From contig NC_058368.1 in NCBI RefSeq assembly GCF_018350175.1, positions 115,508,001-115,572,000 of the forward strand: a DNA stretch of 64,000 bases. The letters run 5' to 3'. The position numbers and the translations under genes were made by a program. Positions 13,231 to 23,187 of the stretch are shown here, piece after piece. Position 1 is the first letter of the stretch. Every line of letters begins with the position of its first letter. Under the pieces are notes generated by a model, which worked only from the letters and a program-made list of their open reading frames with translations, ran no database searches and was not told where the DNA came from. Source of the stretch: Felis catus. Its lineage: Eukaryota.

Positions 13231-13957
13231 AGAATAAATAAATGAACTTGTAAAAAAAATTGTGCAAATCTCAAGTGTACAGCTCCATAACTTTTATATA
13301 TGTATACATCATTGCACATTTCACTGCAGTTTTTTTTTTTTTAACTCAACAATATTGTGACATTTATTCCATAGTGGGACGTATGGATCTAACTCATGCT
13401 TTTCATGGTAGCATAGTATTCCATAGTATGAATCTGTAATCAGTGCTCTAATTAGCCTCTCCCAATTGATGACTAGTTAGGTTGTATCCAAGTTTTTGCT
13501 TTTATATGTTATTAGATTTTAAAACTCTAACTTTTTTACTTCATGTAAGAATAATACATGCTCAGTATAAAACACTGGATATTTCAAAAATGTATGGCTT
13601 AGAGAGCAAAAGTCCTTAGGGCACCTAGGTGGTTCAGTTGGTTAAGCGTCTGACTTTGGCTCAGGTCATGATCTTCTGGTTCATGAGTTCAAGCCCCACA
13701 TCGGGCTCTAGCTCAGAGCCTGAAGCCTGCTTTGAATTCTGTGTCTCCCTCTCTGTGCCCCTCCCCTGCTTGTGCTCTGTTTCTCTTTCTCTCTCTCAAA
13801 AATAAATATTTAAAAGAATTTTAAAAAAAGAAAGCAAAAGTCCTTCATAATGCCCTCTCAGATAACCACCACATACAGAAGTTATTTTCGGCATATACCA
13901 CATATATCATTTATATTGTGTTATCTCTGTACGCTATTGAAAACATAAATAGGGCTA

Positions 13958-13993
<36 letters not shown>

Positions 13994-16900
13994 CTAAAGC
14001 CATTGGATTTTGAATTCTGGGTCCTTGTCTGCTTCCCAGCAGGGAAGATGCCAGGCCCTTTTAAGCTATAGACTCTGAGAACCAGGTTCTCAGAAATCGG
14101 GACTTCAATTGCCACCTGTTCTGCCTCATTGTTCTTAGACCTTCCCATTCCCCCTCCAGGACAACCTTTCTCCCCAAGTGTCCTGTACTTCTCTGGAACT
14201 CTGAGTCCATTTCTGTTCTTATCTTTACAAATCTCTCCCTCACCCCCCAACACACATACATGATAAATATATGACTTATCCACATCCTTTGCTATGTAAG
14301 CCACTTTTACAGATACATATATCCTTTATTTACAAAGTAGGCTTAAAAACTAACAGAGTCACATTTTAAAGTTGTTTCATCTTTCCCTTTGAATAATGCC
14401 AATAATACTAGTAGAATATACAAGTTATCCACCAATGAATACTAAGAGATTCGGTGGACAACTTGTATATGCACAGCCTTCCATTCGAGTGTTCCTTATC
14501 TTCCCACCTCCTCTCCAGGACACAGAGGGAGTTTGGGAGAGTGTCTTTAGATTGAATGGCCAGACTGTTTTCCAGGCTGAAAGCCTCCAAGAATGCCCCT
14601 GATTAGAGTGTGGGCTGAGCCTGCAGTTAGGGATCCACTCTATGGATGCACTCTCATCCCTTTGTTGTTGGTCCACAGGAAAGAGCAGTGGTTGAGGGCT
14701 CTTGGAACCCAAAGCAGGACACCAATCCCAGTTTCACAGGGACTGAGCTTGTACACTTCCCTCAAGGAAAAAGGTGAGCAGAGACCAGTCTTTTATGATG
14801 CTGCTCTTCTCAGGAACATTGTGTCATCATCATCATCATGGGCTACTTGATGAACACTTCCTTCAGGCCAGGACCTTGATATATACATTTCATTATGTAA
14901 TCTCATAATCCCATGAAGGTGTGAATATGGCCCCTGTTTTACTGATGAGAAAAGCCAAGTTTCAAGAGGTCAAGTAACTCGTGCAAACTGCACACTATGA
15001 ATAAATAACAGATTAGGTCTCAAACCCACTGACAGCAGAGACCTGGCTCTAAATCACCATGTCACTGTACGACACTACCTCTCAGCACCAGTGACCTCAG
15101 TAAAGGAAGAAGCACAAGTGTGCATAACCAACTTCTTTTTTCAGACTATCTCACCAGGAGGAAGCCCACATTTGCATAATGGTATCTTCTCAAGGACAGA
15201 ATAGGGACAGTATTTCTCTTTCCTACTAGAGATTTTGAACCCCTCTATACATGATTTAGACTGTGGTTCTGTGACATAAAGTCTTGGAATACCATGGAAT
15301 GCTTTTGTTTGTTTGCTTGTTTGGTTAAAGAAGCGGCCGTCTTGCCCAACGACATGTGAGTATAAAGGTTGTTTTCTTGAGCTGCTCATTATTCAGCCAG
15401 TCATTCATGAATTCATTCAACAAGTGTCTTTGATATGCCAGGCACTGGGGATTAAAAGAGGAACAAAAGAGACAATATCTCTGCTCTCCAGAAACTGACA
15501 GTCTATTGAATGAGACAGTTGTCCAACAATTACAATAAAATGTGATCAATCTCTGATGGTAGGACTCTAATCTAGGGGCACCTAACCTAGTCTGGAGTGA
15601 CTGGTCAGGAAGGCTTCCTGAAAGATGACTTTTAGGCTAAAACTAGGATGCCAGCAAACATAAGAAAGTGTTATAGGAGGCAGGTGGCAAAGCTAGTGTC
15701 ATTTCTTTAGTTAGCAGTTCCCATGAAGTAGGCAATGGATATAGGGCCAGACCTCAACAACAGAATAAATGCTGGTAGCAGCACACCCCAAAACATATGT
15801 AACAAAAGAGAGTGGCTGTACAAAAAGAATAGAAAATCTGGTACAATTCCTTTGCTACCACTATTCTGATTTTTGACCTTCAAAAAATGAGCTATTTCAA
15901 ATGCACAAAGCCTAGGGGCGCCTGGGTGGCTCAGTCGGTTAAGCGGCCGACCGACTTCGGCTCAGGTCATGATCTCACAGTCCGTGGGTTCGAGCCCCAC
16001 GTCGGGCTCTGTGCTGACAGCTCAGAGACTGGAGCCTGCTTCAGATTCTGTGTCTCCCTCTCTCTCTGACCCTCCCTCATTCATGCTCTGTCTCTCTCTG
16101 TCTCAAAAATAAATAAACATAAAAAAAAAACCCCACACAAATGCACAAAGCCTAGCTTTCCAAGGAAATAGATTGATATCTAATAGATAATCTCTAATAG
16201 CCTCAAATGGTGGTGCTCTCTCAGAGTTTGGAATGTGTGGGAGACATTTTTATGTTTTAAAAGTACACCTTAGAAAATATCACCAAAAGGGATCATACCG
16301 ATGCAGCTATAAAATCAACTCCTGTTTACCGAGTACTCCTTCCTCAGTCATTCTAATAAGACACAATGAACTTGCCTATAGAGGTTGATATCTAAAAATA
16401 AGGAGTTCCCAAATTGTTTGGGCTGTACTCTTTACTCAGAGCACAGCAATCATCTTCTCTTTGGCAAGAGAAAACTTTAAATACAAAAATGCTTGCACTA
16501 CTGGGTTCACAGCCAAGAGGGGAGATCAAATGCAGTGTGCTCACAATTTCAGTAGGATAATGGAAGGTAAACTGAGGGCTCTAAGATCCATGTGGGTTGA
16601 CAGGGAGGAAAAATCACTCCAAGGAGAAATGTATTCTATAAGAAGATCTAGGGACGCCTGGGTGGTTCAGTCAGTTGAGCGTCTGACTCTTGATCTTGGC
16701 TCAGGCCATGATCTCCTGGTTTGTGAGACCCTGGGTCAGGTTCTGTGCTGATAGTGTGGAGCCTACTTGGGATTCTCTCTTTCCCTCACTCTCTGCCTCT
16801 CCCCTTTTATCTCTCTTTCTCTCTCTCTCTCTCTCAAAATAAATAAGTAAACTTAAAAAAAAAGATCTGAGTGGTTCAGTCGGTTAAGTATCAGACTCTT

Positions 16901-17089
16901 GGTTTTGGCTTGGGTCATGATCGTGATTTATGGGTTCGAACCCCACATCCCTCTGTGCTGATAGTGCAAAGCCTGCTTGGGATTCTCTCTCCCTCTCTCT
17001 CTCTGCCCCTCCCAAGGTCTCTCTCTCTCTCAAAATAAACTAAAAAAAATTCAATTTTGTTTTACAATATATATATAGCGTGTATATAT

Positions 17090-19560
17090 AGAGATATACA
17101 CAATTTACATATAATAAAATGCACAGATGTTTAATGTTCAGTTCCATAGGTTCTGATAATTATATATGTATATGTGTGCATGTGTGTGTGTGTAATCTCC
17201 ATCTAAAACAATATATAGAACATTTCCATTATCCCAGAAAATTTCTTTGATCCCTTTCTTGATAAATCACCTCCCCAGTAATGGCAACCACTTTTTTTAC
17301 TTCAAACACCAAAAATTAGTTTAGTCTATTCCTGGACTTCTATAAGTAAAATTGTATAGTTCATACTCTTTTGTAACTTTCTTCTTTTGCTTAACATAAT
17401 CATTTTGAGATTCATTCATGTTATTGAGTGTGTCAGTAGTTCGTCCTTTTTGTTGTTGTAGAATTCCTTTATATGAATGTCATAATTTGTTATCCCATTC
17501 TCCTACTGATGGACATTTGGGCTTTCTCCACTTTTGGACTGTATATGAATACGGCTGTTATGAACAATTTGTGTATAAGCCTTTTCGTGGACATATGTTT
17601 TCATTTCTCTTGGGTATATACCTAAGAGTAGAATTGCTGGATCATATGATAGACATATGTTTAATTTTATAAGAAGTTACAAAAACACTTCTCAAAACTA
17701 TCATTTTACACTTTCACCTGCAATGTATGAGAGTTCCAATTGCTGTACTTCCTTGCCACCACCCATTGTAATCAGCGTTCTTGAATTTAGCCATTCCAGT
17801 GGATGTGAAATGGTATCTAATTATGATTTTAATTTGCATTTCCCTGAAGATTGATAAATTTCAAGGTATTTGAAAATAACCCTTGGTCAAAGGGGAAATT
17901 AGACACCTGGGTGGCTCAGTCCGTTAAATGTCTGACTTCTCTCCCTGCCCCTCCCCTGCTCATGCTCTGTCTCTCTCTCTCTCAAAAATAAATAAACACT
18001 GGGTGTTTATTGAGCCAACTGGGTGGCTCAGTCGGTTGGGCATTTGACTTTGGCCCAGAATGTGATCTTGTGGTTCATGGGTTTGAGTGCCATGTCGGGC
18101 TCTGTGCTGGCGGCTCAGAGCCTGGAGCCTGCTTCAGATTCTGTGTCTCTCTCTCTCTCTCTGCCTCTTCCCCTGCTCATGTTCTGTCTCTGTCTCGAAA
18201 ATAAATAAACACTTAAAAATTAAATAAATAAATATACATCAAAAAAATTTTAAAGGGGAAATTAGAAATTGTTTTACACTCAATGAAAGTGAAAGACATA
18301 ACAAAAGTGTGGGATGCAAAAATAGTGTGCTTTTTAAATTTTTTAAAAACATTTATTTATTTATTTATTTATTTTTAATGTTTATTTATTTTTGAGACAG
18401 AGACAGCATGAACGGTGGAGGGTCAGAGAGAGAGGGAGACACAGAATCCGAAGCAGGCTCCAGGCTCCGAGCTGTCGACCCAGAGCCCGATGCGGGGCTC
18501 GAACTCACAAACCGTGCGATCATGACCTGAGCCGAAGTCGGAGGCTCAACCAACTGAGCCACCCAGGCGCCCCAACATTTATTTATTTTTGAGAGACAGA
18601 GAGACAGAGCACAGTAGGGGAGGAGCAGAGAGAGAATGAGACACAGAATCCAAAGCAGGCTCCAGGCTCTGAGCTGTCAGCACAAAACCTGATGCGGGGC
18701 TCGAACTCACAAATCGTGAGATCATGACCCAAGCCAAAGTCGGTCATCCAACTGACTGAGCCATCCAGCCACCCCCCAAATAATGTGCTTTTAATGCTTT
18801 ATTAGAAAGTGCTTATATTTTAAAAAAGGAAAAATATAAAATCAGTGATGTAAGCTCCTACTTTAAGAAGTTAGAAAAAGAACAAATTATATTCTTAGTA
18901 AGTAGAAGAAGGAAATAAAAGTAAGAGCAGAAATTAATAGAAAATGTAAAGAGAAAATACAAGGTCAAAAGTTGGTTCTTTGGAAGGATTAATAAAATTT
19001 GATAGTTTTAATCCTAGCAAGATTTGTCAATAAATAAGGGGAAAACAAAAATAACCAACAACAGGCAATCAAAAATGGACATCTTTATAGATGCTATGGA
19101 TAGTAAGAGGAACAATAAAATATTATGAGTAAATTTATTCTAATAAATTGGACAACTTAAATGAAATGGACAAGTTCCTTGAAAAACAAAATTATCACAA
19201 TGGATATAAGAAAAAAGAAAAATCTAAATAGCCCCATACTTATTAAAGAAATTGAATTTATTATCACACTCTTACTGCGAAGAAAATTCCAGGGCCAGAT
19301 GGCTTCAGTGGTGAGTTTTACCAAATATTTATTTAAGGAAGAAAAAAATAACAATCCTACACAAACTCTTTCAAAACAAAGAAGAGGGAACACTTCCCAA
19401 TTTATTTTATGAGGCCAGAATAACCTTGATATGAAAACCTGATGAAGATACTAAAAAAAGAAAGTTATAAACTGATATTCTTCATGAACATACATGCAAA
19501 AACCTATAACTCTTTGATGCAGCAATTTCATTTCCAGAAGTTTATCCTAAAGATGCACTC
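17090..19560. mobile_element. Fragmented old L1: minus-strand 3' region 17.1-17.85 kb, plus-strand ORF2-derived remnants 18.25-19.55 kb, interrupted by SINEs
   Basis: ORF2-like DNA (AAATTGGACAACTTAAATGAAATGGACAAGTTCCTTGAAAA; CCAGGGCCAGATGGCTTCAGTGGTGAGTTTTACCAAATATTT) with stops and frameshifts. Confidence 0.8.
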
Positions 19561-20598
19561 TTAGAACTGTACAAAGATTAACTGTAGGACATCCACTATT
19601 GGGATATTTTTAATAGTAAGAATTAGAAATAACTCTACAAACAACAATGTCCCCCCAAATATGACAAGTTAAATAAATAAGGTCCATTTATATGACAGAA
19701 TACATAGCCATTAAAATATGGTAGAAATGTGTATTGACACAAGAAAATTCACTATATATTGTTTATTCTTTATTTTTTTGTAAATTTTTAAAGTTTATTC
19801 ATTTATTTTGAAAAAATAAATAAAAGTAGATTACCAAAGATTTCAGGTGCTCTCACCATTAAAAAAAAGCAAGGCAATGGATATGTGCATTATCTTTTTT
19901 AAAAAATACTTTATTTATTTGTTTGCTTTTAATGTTTACTTCTTTTTTAGAGACAGAGAGAGTACAAGCGGGTGAGAGGCAGAGAGAGAGGGAGACTCCG
20001 AATTTGAAGGCTCCAGGCTCTGAGCTGTCAGCACAGAGCCTGATATGGAGCTCAAACTCGTGAACTGCAAGATCATGACCTGAGCCGAAGTTGAGTGCTT
20101 ACCGCCTGAGCCACCCAGGCACCCCTGAATATGTTCATTATCTTGACTGTAATAATCATTTCACTTCATGGATTTCAATTTTTTTTAACGTTTATTTATT
20201 TTTGAGAGACAGAGGGAGACAGAGCATGAGCAGGGGAGGAGCAGAGAGAGACGGAGACACAGAATCCGAAGCAGCACCAGGCTCTGAGCTATCAGCACAG
20301 AGCCCAACACGGGGCTTGAACTCACGAACCATAAGATCATGACCTGAGCCGAAGTCGGACACTTAACCGACTGAGCCACCCAGGCGCCCCACACTTTATG
20401 TATTTCATGTTGTAGACCTTAAATACACAGTTTGTATTATTATTATTATTTTTTACCGAAAGTAGATTACCAAAAAGTATTATGGCATGACTCTACCTTT
20501 TTCGAAGAAAAATGTGTATTTATATGTAAAAAAAAAAAAAAAAAGACTGGAAGGCATAAACCAAATAGCAATCATTAAATGATTAGAGTATGGTTGAC

Positions 20599-20962
20599 TT
20601 TTTTTTTTTTTTTTCTCCTCGGATTGATGGTGTACTGATCCCTGGGATTGAGGATTTCCCCATGAGGATCAGTGCTGCTGCTGCTGCTGCTGCTGCTTCT
20701 TCTTCTTCTTCTTCTTCTTCTTCTTCTTCTTCTTCTTCTTCTTCTTCTTCTTCTTCTTTTTAAGTCCGTTCATTTATTTTGAGAGAGAGGGAGAGAGAGT
20801 GTGCTCAAGTGAGGGGGGGGGGGGGAGCAGAAAGAGGAGAGAGAATATTCCAAGCAGGTTTTGTGTTGTCAGTGTGGAGCCAGACGTGGTGCTCAATCCC
20901 ACGAAGAAGGAGATCATGACCTGAGCCAAACCAAGAGCTGGACACTTAACCTAGGTGTTCCA
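20599..20962 (-). mobile_element. SINEC with (GAA)20(GCA)8 tail, 58 nt of extra sequence and a second A16 tail
   Basis: Flanked by AGTATGGTTGACTTTT (20587-20602) and AGTATAGTTGATTTTT (20963-20978). Confidence 0.75.
20673..20756 (+). repeat. Compound (TGC)8(TTC)20 microsatellite
   Basis: Direct count. Confidence 0.95.
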
Positions 20963-21016
20963 AGTATAGTTGATTTTTATTTCCTTTTTTTTGATTACCT
21001 GTATTTCTTGCAACCC

Positions 21017-21103
21017 ATATATATCTATCTATATCTATATCTATATCTATATCTATATCTATATCTATATCTATATCTATATCTATATAGAGATATAGAG
21101 ATA
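21017..21103. repeat. (TATATC)n hexamer repeat followed by inverted GATATA units
   Basis: Direct reading. Confidence 0.9.
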
Positions 21104-22507
21104 GTTTTTCTAATACAAAAAACTTACCAGTTGAAGAAAAAAGTTTTAAATCTGAACAATGGGCATTTTTGTACCTCTTCCATCACAGTTCTTAGGAAGA
21201 AAAGATTTGGGTAGGGGGCACTTGGGTGACTCAGTCAGTTGAGTGTCAAACTCTTGATTATGGTTCAGGTCATGATCCTAGGGTTGTGAGGCCGAGCTCT
21301 GAATCAGTTTCCTCACTGAACTGGGAGAGTGCTTAAGATTCCCTCTCTCTTTCTCTTTCTCTCTCTCTTTGGCCCTCTCCCCTGCTCATGCTCTCTAAAA
21401 TAAAAATTAAAAAATAAAAAATAAAAAAAGATTTGGGACTGTAGAATATTCTTCACCTCCAACCTCAAATACATCCACCTTGGATGACTGGATGCAGTTT
21501 TCCCCTCCTTTGATTTGCTGGATCCACAGTGGCCTGTCCCATTGGTCCAACCTTTACTCAGTAGGTGAGGCAGTATAAATTTGGCCACTGACCTCTTGGG
21601 TAACGATTCACAGGCTCTTTCTCTTAGGAGCTCCAGTTTCTCCTTTCAAAATTCAGGTTAGAATCAATGATATCCAAGGTCACTTCCAGATAGAGGAAAG
21701 AACACAGTTTTAGAATCAGAAAACCTCAGGATGGATGTGAGAATGTGGGCATCACTCCCCAGGAAAAAAATCCTTAATATTCTCTTGTGTGCCCCCCAGC
21801 CAGGTAGTAAGTACCTCCAAGCCTAGGCCTGGTCTTGTATCTCACTGGTCATGGCATAGGACTCAACACAAGAGTAGTTCCTCAGTGAATTAGCTTTTGT
21901 CTCTACCTCCTAAAAAGCAACTCCAGAATAGATTTTCTAGGCTTGCTCCTGATGGTGATCTGAACCACAAGGTTGGTTTTAACTACTGGAGCACACACTG
22001 CACGTTTTTTGGTTGTTTGTTTTTCCTGAGGTAACTGGTGCAGTGCTTGTCTGTAACAATTCACCAAGCAGAACAAGGTGTGGGTACCTCTCCTACAAGT
22101 GACACGTCTGTGGCTAATGGACATTCAAGTTGTCATCCTCTTGGGGGCCTGGTCATGAAGGCCATCTCACAGCTGCCCGAGTAATGCTCAAAGAAACACA
22201 TTCCCAGCAGGTGCCCTGGATGTTACAAGGCTTCTAGAAAGCGCTCTGACAAGACCCTGCACTTCACGGAAATCACAGCTTTGCCTCTATAAAGCTGTGT
22301 GACCTTGGACAAGTCCCTTCCTCCTTCGAGAACATTGCAATGGGCCTAAGTACCTCCTCCCAGGTCAGTCTATGCTATGGCGCTGATCAAGTGACCTGGA
22401 AAACATTCGCTTTTAAACGTTTATGGATGTTCGACGCCACACATGAGGGTACCCGAGGCAAGGGACTCAAGGGTTGCGGCGCGCAAGGAGGTACCACCCG
22501 CGCCAAG

Positions 22508-22521
22508 AATCTCGCGAGATT
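22508..22521. promoter_or_regulatory. Perfect palindrome AATCTCGCGAGATT containing the TCTCGCGAGA (BANP / formerly Kaiso-ZBTB33) promoter motif
   Basis: TCTCGCGAGA at 22510-22519 at the 5' edge of the CpG island; this is an established CpG-island promoter element. Confidence 0.8.
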
Positions 22522-22896
22522 TCCTCCCTGCGCTTCGCGACGTCATCCTCTCGGCGGCCGTGGCGGCGAAGGAGACGGCGCGTAAGACACTCACAGGGGC
22601 GGCCCGTATCCCTCCGCCGCCGGCGCGGTCCGGCCCTCCTTCCCATAGCCCGCCAATCCCCGCGCCTCCCGACCTGCCCCTCGGCCTGGGCCCACCCCGC
22701 GCTCCGGCGGCCCCACCCCGGCGGCGCCGCCCGCCCGTCCGCCCGCGCGTCCGTCCGTCCACCTGCAGCAGGCAGTCCCTCTGGTTGTCCGATCGAGCGG
22801 CGCCGGCCGAGCCCGAGGCCAGGGCTCTTGCTCCCCGGCGGAGGGATCCGCGGCGGCTGAGGAGGCGGCGCTGAGATTAGGTGGAAGAGGCAGCTA

Positions 22897-22926
22897 CGGC
22901 GGCGGCGGCGGCGGTAGCGGCGGCGG
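22897..22926 (+). repeat. (CGG)6-TAG-(CGG)3 in the probable 5'UTR
   Basis: Read directly from sequence. Confidence 0.9.
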
Positions 22927-23163
22927 CTCGGGCGGCAGCGCATAAAGGGGCCGCCGCCGGGTGATGCGGTGACCGCTGCGGCAGGCTCAGGAGCCGAGTG
23001 GGCCGCGGCCCTCAGTCCATCCTGCCGAACTAGCGCTCCCGAGCTGCCCATCTTCTCCAGCCGAGCCGCGATCACCGAGGCGGCCTCGCGCCCCCTCGCC
23101 CCTTCCCCGTCCCTCCCCTGTCCCCGTCCCCGCCCCGGGGGCCACCGCCACCCGCCTCCCACG

Positions 23164-23187
23164 ATGGCTCTGAAGAGAATCCACAAG
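23164..23187 (+). CDS. UBE2D2: UBE2D2 coding exon 1 (MALKRIHK), phase-0 donor
   Basis: ATGGCTCTGAAGAGAATCCACAAG in strong Kozak context (cccACGATGG), followed by donor AAG|GTAAGC at 23188. Joined to exon 2 it reads [36 protein letters not shown] distinguishes UBE2D2 from UBE2D1 (IQK/ELSD), UBE2D3 (INK/ELSD) and UBE2D4 (IQK/ELTD). Confidence 0.97.

Noticed and set aside
13961..13989. Isolated T29 as the tail of a processed pseudogene
   Set aside because: No poly(A) signal, convincing TSD or recognisable coding sequence next to it.
19161..19412. ORF with L1 ORF2-like peptide
   Set aside because: Frameshifted fragment of a dead L1; no intact ORF2 in the window.
1..22400. STING1 or another gene upstream of UBE2D2
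   Set aside because: No recognisable coding exons on either strand; synteny is recalled knowledge only.
22941..22950. CATAAAGGGG as a TATA box
   Set aside because: Imperfect match, and probably inside the 5'UTR of a CpG-island promoter; not supportable without TSS data.
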